From NCBI GenBank assembly GCA_044368655.1, contig JBIPPB010000004.1, positions 566 through 64,565 on the forward strand: a stretch of DNA of 64,000 bases, in the 5' to 3' direction. Shown in pieces: positions 41,210 through 50,057 of the stretch (within the stretch, counting starts at the first letter, position 1; every line of letters begins with the position of its first letter). This DNA comes from Chitinophagales bacterium (GTDB lineage: Bacteria > Bacteroidota > Bacteroidia > Chitinophagales > JADJOU01). The position numbers were made by a program, and so were the translations under genes. The notes under the pieces are model-generated. The model made no database searches and was not told the origin of the DNA. It saw only the letters and a list, made by a program, of their open reading frames with translations.

Positions 41210-42031
41210 ATGTATATAAAAAGTATCTTTATTGTTATTGCGTTCACAATTTTATCTTGTGGTAAAGATCCAGGAATTCCGGCCTTTATTTATTTGAAAA
41301 ATGCAAATATCTCAGGTCCTGCAAATTTCGGAGACATGGTACCTGATATTTATGGGTGTAAATTAGAAGTTGCCTCACAAAATAGAGGTTATTGGCAGTT
41401 TCCTTCTTTAGTTCCAGTTTTATTTCAAGATTCACAAGCCGTATCAATTTATCCATTAGTTAGGGTTAATAATTTGTCTACAAATTATGAAAGTTACCCG
41501 ATGTTAGAACCCTATTTCACTAATTTTTTTCTAGTACCAAAAAAAGTAGACACTATTTCGGTTCCTTTTAAATATAGTGAATCAGTTAAACTACTTATGA
41601 CGGATGGTTTTGAAGGAGGAAATCCTTTCGGAAATAGTAAAATCGTTTCAGCACTCGGACGAAATAATACGAATGCTTTACAAATAGATGTCGTTAGTTC
41701 AATGCAAGAATCATTAATTATGGCAATTAATAGTAATGAAGTGATTTGTAAACCAGGAAGTGAAATTTGGCTTGAATTTGACTATAAAATGACTAAAGGT
41801 GCTTTAATTCCTGCATTGTCTTACTCTGATGCTAATGGGAAACAAATTGATTTATATGCTCAGAACTTTTTAAAACCAAACGCTAATTTTACAAGAGTAT
41901 ATTGGAAGTTTTCTGAATTAGTTGGTGTCGCTAATGTAACAAATCTTAGATTAAATTTCATTTTACTTGCTGAGCAAGGACAAAAAGAAGCCACAACATT
42001 AATCGATAATATTCGATTATTGCAATTGTAA
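41210..42031 (+). CDS. Lipoprotein of unknown function with C-terminal CBM-like beta-sandwich
   Basis: Lipobox ILSC. WLEFDYK...IDNIRL ending. Confidence 0.6.
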   Translation: MYIKSIFIVIAFTILSCGKDPGIPAFIYLKNANISGPANFGDMVPDIYGCKLEVASQNRGYWQFPSLVPVLFQDSQAVSIYPLVRVNNLSTNYESYPMLEPYFTNFFLVPKKVDTISVPFKYSESVKLLMTDGFEGGNPFGNSKIVSALGRNNTNALQIDVVSSMQESLIMAINSNEVICKPGSEIWLEFDYKMTKGALIPALSYSDANGKQIDLYAQNFLKPNANFTRVYWKFSELVGVANVTNLRLNFILLAEQGQKEATTLIDNIRLLQL

Positions 42032-42038
42032 AGGCTTG

Positions 42039-42294
42039 TTAATCCAATCTAAATTCGACTTCATCTACCTTTGTTTTTTCTTCACATTTGCAATTGTATG
42101 CTTTTTAAAGTTCTTACAGTCGTTTTATAGAATTTTTGATAAAGACCTTCTTTAATTGTTTCATTTTATCGTTTTACTTGATAAACTTCAGACACATTTT
42201 TGCCACAATTTCGTATGATTACTTTATTAGGTTCTTGACTGTTTAATACTAAAGTAAATAGAATTAGAACACTACTTGTGATTAATTTTTTCAT
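42039..42294 (-). pseudogene. Degraded remnant of a secreted-protein gene
   Basis: MKKLITSSVLILFTLVLNSQE signal peptide. In-frame TAA at 42168-42166, after which the frame continues NETIKEGLYQKFYK and then breaks down. Confidence 0.5.
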
Positions 42295-42336
42295 AATATA
42301 AAATTTTAAACAAACATAACGTAAATATTATTTAGT

Positions 42337-42909
42337 TTATTTCATATAAAATCTATCTTCTTCCCACTTTAAAGGGTTATTGATGATATATTCCGAAATA
42401 TTATAATACGCTAGATCATTTCTAATAATATGTTCGTAATAATTTCGTTGCCAAAATTTTCCCATTACTTCATCTCTAGACTTATAAATTTCTAGGCAGC
42501 CATTCGCTACCAATGATTTATATGCACCCAAGATATCTGGAATTGAAGGATTTTTCCGTTGGGGGTCTGGTTGGGGCAACCCTTGCGGTTGCCCTTCATA
42601 TAATAGGTCAGGGGCGAGCCCTGACCCTACGGGTAACAACGATATAATTCCGTGTATATGATTGGGCATAATTTGAAAAACGTCCAATTCAAAATTTGAA
42701 AATCGATCTGCCAATTTAATCCATTCATTATATGCTATTAATCCAAATTCATTTAAAATCATTTCACCATTTATGACTTGTCCAAATCGATTAATTCTGT
42801 CTTGACAACAAATCGTTATAAAATATAGACCTGCCTTGGAGTAATCATATCCTTTTAATCGAATAGACCTCCTATTATGAATTTTTGGGTTGTATCGTTT
42901 CATTTTCAA
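42337..42909 (-). mobile_element. REP-associated tyrosine transposase (RAYT/TnpA-REP, IS200-like Y1 HUH)
   Basis: RRSIRLKGYDY...YFITIC, MPNHIHGI (HUH), GAYKS, WQRNYYEHIIR, YIINNP (catalytic Tyr). REP palindromes nearby. Confidence 0.9.
42570..42630. repeat. Intragenic inverted REP doublet
   Basis: Plus strand GTTG-GGGCAACC-CTTGC-GGTTGCCC (42570-42594). Minus strand GTAG-GGTCAGGG-CTCGC-CCCTGACC (42630-42606). Confidence 0.88.
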
Positions 42910-42971
42910 CGTTATATTATAAAATCAGAATCCAAAAATAAAAAAATATTTAAAAATATAAATATTTCTTC

Positions 42972-43138
42972 GTCGGGGTAATCTTAACGGTTATCCACCT
43001 ATTTTCTCTTTTCCCCCGTTGGGGCAACCCTTGCGGCTTCGTTGGGGCAACCCTTGCGGTTGCCCTTCTATCCCTCGCGTTGCCCCAATTAATATCTACG
43101 ATATTAATTGGGGGGTCAAGGGCAAGCCTTGACCCTAC
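42972..43138. repeat. REP/BIME-like palindrome cluster
   Basis: Degenerate copy 42972-42996, truncated copy 43018-43036, full copy 43041-43065, 14-bp hairpin 43083-43113, and a minus-strand GTAG REP 43114-43138. Confidence 0.88.
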
Positions 43139-43140
43139 GA

Positions 43141-46100
43141 TTAACGTTGAATCTGAACCTTTATCCCTTGCGTATGTGCCGAAAATTCGGGTGCATACAT
43201 ATTTTGGATGGTGGTGATGCCGTTGGAAAATGTTCCTGCATTATTGGCTTTGACATCATATTCAAAAACATATACACCAGGCTGCATATAACTGATGAAA
43301 AAATTGGTTGAGGCATCGCGCGTACTTTCGTAATAACCCAAACCGTCTTTCCATTTATAGCTCGAAAAGACATTTACCGGTTCAAATCCACTAGCTCGCA
43401 TATCTTTGAGATGAATATAACTCAAATCTCTATCGGACTGCAATACACAACGCACCGAAACAAGATCTCCGACTTTTATCGGTGTAGATTCTGTGATGGG
43501 TTGTAGCTGAACGCCTTTATCTGTATAGGTTTTTAGGTAAAGTTCTTTTTTTATTTTAAGATTGGTTTGTGCAGGCGTAATTTTGTCTAACTGTTCAAAA
43601 TATTGCCAAAACAACCCTCCATATAGAACCCCAGGACTTTTTTTCTCCACGTCTATCGTAGCAAGTGAGGGTTGAATATCCGCACCCTTCCAGCTTTTCT
43701 TGAAATACCCCGACACGTTGATTTCGCTAGGATCGTTGGCATTTTTAGGCGGGAAAACGGTCTCGCTTCCAGCTTTTACCGTGATGCCTTCTTCGGCATT
43801 GAGCCAATTTTTCCCTAATGAAAACAATGCATATACCGCTTCTGTCGTAGCTTTGGTAGTCGACCAGCGATTGTTTTGTTTGTTTTTGATGAGCCAAACT
43901 TTCATCAATTCCACACTTTTTTCATCTTTTGCTATTTCATCATACGCTTCTATCAACATCGTTTGTGTTTCGATAGGCGCTTGATACCAATACCATCCCG
44001 AAATGTTATCCTTCCAGTATTTCCCCATTTCATCACTCTCAACGCTTCGTTCATTTATAGCGTGTACAATTTTAGAAGCATCTTTTGTTCTTCCAAAACG
44101 GTTTAGCGTAAGCGCTAGCATCGCTCGGTAGCTCAAACCCGATTTAGATTCTTCTGCTAACAAATCATTGAAAACTTCATTTTGAATAGATCGATAAGAT
44201 GCAGGCATTGGTATGTTTTCTTTCCAAAAACTTCGCACATAAAAATAATGTAGCATAGAATAATAAAGCGATGAACGATCTTTTTTCTTGGTACGATTCC
44301 ATTCTGCTAACATCGTTTGATCACTGTAAACAATAGCTTTGTCTACCAAGTCTTGAATATCTTCTCCTAAAAGATTGGATGAATTAGCACCTAACATTTT
44401 CTGTAATTTACCAAATCCTCCAATGATATGATTGGTAATATAAACATCCTCTCGGCCTCCCTCAAACCAAGCAAAAGCACCGTTAGATTGCTGGCGTTTC
44501 AAGAGTTTTTCCTTTGCTTGTTGTAGTTCTTGACTCATTGTATTGAGGTCAAAAAAGAGTGCGATACGTTGCATTTGCTCCGTTTCTGATTGAGCTTGGC
44601 GCAACCAAGGAGTTTCTTCCAGTAACAAGGCCTTAAGTTCTTGATTTTTTTCAAGATTTGATATTTGAAGTCCTTTCTCGTTCCATTGATCAAACACTTT
44701 TTTAATCTTTGGCGATTGATTGAGCACCGCAGTTGAAATGGCATTTCCATACAAACGACTAAAAAGTTGCTCGCTACACTCATAAGGATATTCTCTCAAG
44801 TAGGGCAATGCGCCAATGACCGTCCAGAGTGGATTGGTCGTTAGTTCCAGAGTTAGATTAAAATTTTGGAGCGTTGCAGAGTTGTTGTTTTTCAATTTTT
44901 CAAGCACAAACGTCTTCGATTGATTTTCCCTTACGGAAATAGGTAACGTCTCGGTTACCAACATACGATTGGTGAGAATAGGCAATGTGTTCTCTTCGCC
45001 ATCGCTGAAATCTCCTGATTTTGCTATAACTCTGTACACTACTGCCTGATGCGTATAAGGTATTTGCACTTGCCAGTCGATATTCGTGTTCTCGCCTGCT
45101 TTTACCTCAAAGGTTTTGCGCGCATTCGTATTGCTAAAGGCTGCATCGATGGGTTTCATCGTAAACGCATCAAACCATTGTAGCTCCACTTCGCCCGTAA
45201 GGTTTTTGTCACTGAGGTTCGATATTTTGGAGCTAAATGTCAGTTGGTCGCCTTCACGAAGAAAACGAGGCGCATTAGGCACCACCATAAGGTCTTTTTG
45301 TGTCTGCACTTCAGACTTGAACAAGCCGTATTCAAGCTCTTGAGTATGAGCCAATAGCTGAAATTTCCATTTGGTCAAAGCTTCGGGTGTGGTAAATTGT
45401 ATTTTCACATTTCCCTCTTCATCGGTTATCAAGGTAGGAAAGAAAAATGCGGTTTCATTGAGATTGGTACGGATTTTGACTTGCGAAAGGTCTTGTTTTT
45501 TCTTAAACACATCTTCTTTGATTGCTTCAACAACTTTTGGAGGCACAAATTGAATGGTAGCTTTAGATTCAACTACTTTCATATCTTCAATGCTATTCAT
45601 TGGTGCCGCCGCCATCTCCATGCTTTTATACATCATACGTTCTCTTCTATAATTTTTTCCAAAATGAAATCCAAATAAATTGACTTGATTGTATTTTTCA
45701 GAAATAAATGATGGAAAGTAGTTATGAGGGTAGCCAGAGACAGAATTTAAATAATCAATTTTTATATTAATAAATTGAGAGTTGTAAAAACTTAAATTAT
45801 TATAATTGTAATAATCAAATGGATAAAAATTAATTTCGTTTATTACAAATTTATCCAAACTAGCGTCATACATGGTTGCTAACACTTCGGCAAACACCTT
45901 TTCTTTATCTTTTCCCGAAATGGTCATTTCCCAAGTTTCTTTAGCGCCCGGCAACAATTTATTTCTAAAAGTTTTGGTGCTTATTTTTAAATCATACTTT
46001 TTTTTCGGAAGAACATTTATTCTTATTTGATTGCTTATCATTTTGTTTTCACTCACAAAATAATAGTTCAAATTGGTTCCTAAATCATATCCCTCTTTAA

Positions 46101-49100
46101 TAGGGAATTCATAAACAGTTGTGCCATTCTGAAGCGGAATTGCTCTTTTATCTATCGATTTATTATCCGAAGAAAGTCCAATATAAATCATTCCATTTTC
46201 TATTCCCGAATGAAACGTGATTTTAGCCATGTCACCTATTTGATAATTGTATTTATCTTCATTTATAGTCAACAATTCATGATTCAAAACTCTTTTGGTC
46301 ACTTCGTCTTTGATGTCATATTTAGACGATGTCGTAATCGTGTCTTTTTCATAAATGGAAGAAGCTTCCGCAATATATTTCCCTGCCGTTAGATTTTTAA
46401 ATTGTAGAAGAACAGAGTCCGATATTTTTGAATCAAAAGGGGTTTCAAACACCAATTTGCGTTCCCAGTTAGTTTCATCTTGTTTGTTTTTGTCATACAT
46501 TTCAAATGGAAAGTTTTGTACAAAAGTAGATTCATCCATGGATTGATAATCTGCGTCTTCTGACAAGGCGTTAGGTTTTATTGTGCGATTCGGTTCTATG
46601 AGTTGATAAATCTTCAATATTCCTTTGACGGAAATGTGTTGTCCATTTAGATTTTCGGAGTGTATATTTAGTTTTTTCCAATTTCGGGTTGAATACGTAT
46701 TTTCTCCTACTATACTCAACTTTAGCGGTACGTCCCCAGCAATTACAGCGCTTTCGGTTGATTGTGTTTCTCCGTTTATATCCGTAACGTCAATATAAAG
46801 TGTGTATGAATAGCTTCGAGGCAACTCCTTTCTTGGCTCGCTTGTTTTGGTTTCAAACGAAATGGCAAAATTTCCTTTTCCGTCGGATTTGGTTTCTCCT
46901 TTTTCTATTTCTTCCGTTTTTGGTGCTCGATTATAATATCCATAACTTCTTTTCCAAAATCCCCAAGGTCTTTCGTAGAAAAATTGTTCCTCTCGCACGA
47001 TTCGATATTTTACTTTGGCATCTGTGATTCTAGCACCCGAAAAAGCCTGTGCCTGTCCTGAAACGGATATTTTTTGGTCTAATTTATAATTCTCTTTGAA
47101 TTCGTTCATTCTCACTTCAAATTTTGGACGTTTATATTCTTCTACTTTGAAGTCCATATCATTTACTTGAACGTAATCGGTATCATTATCTTCGTCTATT
47201 TCCATTACCAATATCTTAAGACTATAGTTTCCCGTCACCCCATCTTTTGGCAAAACAAAACTACCATTAACCGATCCAAAATCATTGGTAGTTAAACCCA
47301 AAGTAGCAATTTCTTTATAATTTGAATTTTTCAAAACCACTTGAACCGCCGTATTTTTCAAAATTTTAGCCGTATTTTTAAGTTTACTATACACAATGGC
47401 TTTAAAATATACCGTCTGCGTTGGACGATAAATGGCTCTATCTAAAAAAACGTCTGCATTCATTTTAGTTTCTGGTTCTTGTCTATAAAAATTGCTAAAA
47501 CGCTTGTTTCCAAGATCAATCCATTCATTGAACTGCTGGTCATAAATCCAGTATTGATTATCGTGATATTGATTGAGATTAAGACCTAATTTTTCATAAG
47601 GAATGTTTAAAAAACCCAAGTTATCTGTCTTTTGTGATGTTATTTTTGTTCTAAATTTATAAAAGTCAATCGTATGATAGGCTAGTGGCGCACCACTTTT
47701 TCTATCGACAAAGTGCAATTTTAATAATTTGCTGTTCTCTTCATTTTCAGAACTTTCATTTTCTAAAACCAGTATTTTGCTAACTTTAAACAGTGAGTAA
47801 TTGACAAAGTTTTTATTATCATCTCCTTCAAAGGCTTCATTGTTGGAAATAGCAATCGCATAATTTCCTGCACTAAGTCCATCTAATTTATAAATTGCCC
47901 TATGCTCTTCATAATCTTGAAATTCTTTTAATTCATACAATTTTGTGCGTTCAATTTTTCCATTTGTTTGTAATTTCTTATTGTTTTCTTTAATGTAAAT
48001 TTGATTTATCGTGTTTGTCGTTTCGGTCAAATTGTAGATTCGCACAAATACTTTTTCTATATTTCTATGGGTAATCAAAATTGGAATGGGCTGGTTAGGC
48101 AGCTCGGTTTGCTCCATTTTTAGGGTTGCCCATGGCCAAAGAATCGATTTTTCCACTTCTTTAACGTTTTTAATCCATGGTGAATTTGGATGTTTTTGTA
48201 GGGTTTCTTTGCAGATTTTCAGTGCTTTTTCTTTGTAGTTCGTTTCGTTTTTGTTAGGTAAGGTAGCGAAAATTTTGGCTATTTCAGCATAAATGACCGC
48301 ATTGAAATTTTCTTGAGGATATTCCATCGCTAACTGCGTCATTTCGCCAATATTGGATTCATTTTTTTCGATACTCGACAAACGCCAATTCAAATACGCC
48401 GCGATATTTCCATTTTCACGATGCATTTGTGCCAATTCGTATTTTTTATCAAGACACCATTGTTCGTTGTTTTTCTCCTCTTTGTCTTGAATATTAAAAT
48501 TGTTTTGCGTGTAAAATGAACTCATATTCCACAACAACATATCGTAGAGCGTTGGTTTGAGTTCGTTGATTTCTTTGGGGCTGATAATTTCTTTCCAATC
48601 GGCAAAAGAAGCTTCAAACAATTTATTTTTATCTTGAATTGAGTTTTTATACAGGCTGTCTATTTGCTCATAAAAATCGCGTTTTGTCCATTCTCTAAAA
48701 TCGGTTACTTTTCCCGCAACCTTGGTCCTTTCTTGTATTTCCCATTGTTTACTATTATAATATTGATAAAACATCTGCCCCAGAATATTTTGTAGTAAGG
48801 CTTTTTTTACACCATGGCTTTGAATTATTTCTTGAGTAAAATTTTTAACAATTACCACATCGGGTTCTTCTTTTTCTTCAAGGGTTTCGTAGAAAATTTT
48901 AGATTGAAAAAACAAGGCTTTTATCGTATGTGCATCTTTTTTATCCTTTCTTGATTGCTTTAAAAGTTCGTTGATTAAACTTAAATTGGATTTAAAATCG
49001 CCTTTTTGCTCTTTTTGGTCAATTTCTTTCCATTTTGCATCATAGTTGTAAGGCTGTGAAAATGCATTGAGAAATGAAAAGCAAAATGCGAGTGAAAAAG

Positions 49101-49113
49101 ATAGTATATTCAT
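43141..49113 (-). CDS. Bacterial alpha-2-macroglobulin family protein
   Basis: DRAIYRP.QTV.FK (MG2), VEEYKRP.F, ETAFFFP, P..LT.W, thioester motif YPYECSEQ, C-terminal MYAPEF. Confidence 0.92.
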   Translation of the reverse strand: MNILSFSLAFCFSFLNAFSQPYNYDAKWKEIDQKEQKGDFKSNLSLINELLKQSRKDKKDAHTIKALFFQSKIFYETLEEKEEPDVVIVKNFTQEIIQSHGVKKALLQNILGQMFYQYYNSKQWEIQERTKVAGKVTDFREWTKRDFYEQIDSLYKNSIQDKNKLFEASFADWKEIISPKEINELKPTLYDMLLWNMSSFYTQNNFNIQDKEEKNNEQWCLDKKYELAQMHRENGNIAAYLNWRLSSIEKNESNIGEMTQLAMEYPQENFNAVIYAEIAKIFATLPNKNETNYKEKALKICKETLQKHPNSPWIKNVKEVEKSILWPWATLKMEQTELPNQPIPILITHRNIEKVFVRIYNLTETTNTINQIYIKENNKKLQTNGKIERTKLYELKEFQDYEEHRAIYKLDGLSAGNYAIAISNNEAFEGDDNKNFVNYSLFKVSKILVLENESSENEENSKLLKLHFVDRKSGAPLAYHTIDFYKFRTKITSQKTDNLGFLNIPYEKLGLNLNQYHDNQYWIYDQQFNEWIDLGNKRFSNFYRQEPETKMNADVFLDRAIYRPTQTVYFKAIVYSKLKNTAKILKNTAVQVVLKNSNYKEIATLGLTTNDFGSVNGSFVLPKDGVTGNYSLKILVMEIDEDNDTDYVQVNDMDFKVEEYKRPKFEVRMNEFKENYKLDQKISVSGQAQAFSGARITDAKVKYRIVREEQFFYERPWGFWKRSYGYYNRAPKTEEIEKGETKSDGKGNFAISFETKTSEPRKELPRSYSYTLYIDVTDINGETQSTESAVIAGDVPLKLSIVGENTYSTRNWKKLNIHSENLNGQHISVKGILKIYQLIEPNRTIKPNALSEDADYQSMDESTFVQNFPFEMYDKNKQDETNWERKLVFETPFDSKISDSVLLQFKNLTAGKYIAEASSIYEKDTITTSSKYDIKDEVTKRVLNHELLTINEDKYNYQIGDMAKITFHSGIENGMIYIGLSSDNKSIDKRAIPLQNGTTVYEFPIKEGYDLGTNLNYYFVSENKMISNQIRINVLPKKKYDLKISTKTFRNKLLPGAKETWEMTISGKDKEKVFAEVLATMYDASLDKFVINEINFYPFDYYNYNNLSFYNSQFINIKIDYLNSVSGYPHNYFPSFISEKYNQVNLFGFHFGKNYRRERMMYKSMEMAAAPMNSIEDMKVVESKATIQFVPPKVVEAIKEDVFKKKQDLSQVKIRTNLNETAFFFPTLITDEEGNVKIQFTTPEALTKWKFQLLAHTQELEYGLFKSEVQTQKDLMVVPNAPRFLREGDQLTFSSKISNLSDKNLTGEVELQWFDAFTMKPIDAAFSNTNARKTFEVKAGENTNIDWQVQIPYTHQAVVYRVIAKSGDFSDGEENTLPILTNRMLVTETLPISVRENQSKTFVLEKLKNNNSATLQNFNLTLELTTNPLWTVIGALPYLREYPYECSEQLFSRLYGNAISTAVLNQSPKIKKVFDQWNEKGLQISNLEKNQELKALLLEETPWLRQAQSETEQMQRIALFFDLNTMSQELQQAKEKLLKRQQSNGAFAWFEGGREDVYITNHIIGGFGKLQKMLGANSSNLLGEDIQDLVDKAIVYSDQTMLAEWNRTKKKDRSSLYYSMLHYFYVRSFWKENIPMPASYRSIQNEVFNDLLAEESKSGLSYRAMLALTLNRFGRTKDASKIVHAINERSVESDEMGKYWKDNISGWYWYQAPIETQTMLIEAYDEIAKDEKSVELMKVWLIKNKQNNRWSTTKATTEAVYALFSLGKNWLNAEEGITVKAGSETVFPPKNANDPSEINVSGYFKKSWKGADIQPSLATIDVEKKSPGVLYGGLFWQYFEQLDKITPAQTNLKIKKELYLKTYTDKGVQLQPITESTPIKVGDLVSVRCVLQSDRDLSYIHLKDMRASGFEPVNVFSSYKWKDGLGYYESTRDASTNFFISYMQPGVYVFEYDVKANNAGTFSNGITTIQNMYAPEFSAHTQGIKVQIQR

Positions 49114-49318
49114 TATATTGTTTTTAGATTAACTTTTAATTTTACTTTGATGCATAAAATTAAGAAACGTTTATTCAATTGTTATTATTTTAACCCATAT
49201 TAACCAATTTAAAATGATTGAAGTCATCCGCGTATATATTTTATTAATTTCTATTTTTAGTCAATAAAAGGCTTCTTTTTTATAATTCTGATTAATTTTT
49301 TATATCAAAGCAGTTTAA

Positions 49319-49478
49319 TGTTGAAAAAAAACGCCACTTTTTTACACCATACTTATCAACATATGTGAATGAAATATGGGATTTTTGATGTGGATAAAAT
49401 AAAAATCATGAAGTCAATTATAGATTAAATTTACGGCTGTAATACTAGTGAAATTAATCACCTTGAAAATTATCCACA
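49319..49478. promoter_or_regulatory. DnaA-box cluster (candidate oriC or DnaA-regulated region)
   Basis: Perfect TGTGGATAA at 49389-49397 and TTATCCACA at 49470-49478. One-mismatch boxes at 49319, 49353 and 49364. Confidence 0.55.
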
Positions 49479-49529
49479 CAAAATAAACATTTTAAATTTC
49501 GTTTTGTTGAAATTTTTATTGAAAAAAAG

Positions 49530-49575
49530 GTGGGAAAATGTGTGAACTTTATATCAAAAAGTGTAATTTTGTGGA
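49530..49575 (+). promoter_or_regulatory. dcw promoter with MraZ-type operator repeats
   Basis: GTGGG 49530, GTGTG 49540, GTGTA 49561, GTGGA 49571 at about 10-bp phasing, overlapping the TAATTTTG -7 box at 49564-49571. Confidence 0.6.
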
Positions 49576-49590
49576 AATTTTAAATCACGA

Positions 49591-50049
49591 ATGGCTTTTT
49601 TAGGTGAAAGTTTTATTAAAATAGACGATAAGGGCAGGTTGCGAATACCTACGGCTCTTAAAGAAAGTCTATCTGAACAAGCTCACAACAAATTTGTTGT
49701 GAACCGTGGTTTTGAAAACTGTTTAACGCTTTATCCTTATGATGTATGGGGAACTGTAAAAGCTAAAATAGATACCCTAAATACGTTTAATAAAGAGCAA
49801 AGAGAATTTGTAAGAATATTTTATAGTGGTGCTACAGAGTTGGTTTTAGATACGGGTGATCGTATCAATATCTCTAAGCAGTTGCTCGAATATGCTGGAA
49901 TAACTAAAGAAGTGGTTTTAACTCCGGTTAAAAATTACTATGAAATATGGGATAGTAAAACCTATAATGAGCGCATGGCTAAACTTAACAGTGCAAGTTT
50001 TGAAGAGTTGGCTGAAAAAGTAATGGGAAATTTTAATCTTGATATATAA
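49591..50049 (+). CDS. mraZ: Transcriptional regulator MraZ
   Basis: IDDKGRL.IP and LD..DRI repeats, EIWD. First gene of the dcw cluster. Confidence 0.93.
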   Translation: MAFLGESFIKIDDKGRLRIPTALKESLSEQAHNKFVVNRGFENCLTLYPYDVWGTVKAKIDTLNTFNKEQREFVRIFYSGATELVLDTGDRINISKQLLEYAGITKEVVLTPVKNYYEIWDSKTYNERMAKLNSASFEELAEKVMGNFNLDI

Positions 50050-50057
50050 TTGATATA

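Noticed and set aside
42991..42999. DnaA-like box TTATCCACC
   Set aside because: Isolated, mismatched, and part of a degenerate REP arm.
42972..43138. CRISPR array
   Set aside because: Repeats are irregularly spaced and inverted, with no uniform unique spacers and no cas genes. REP architecture explains them.
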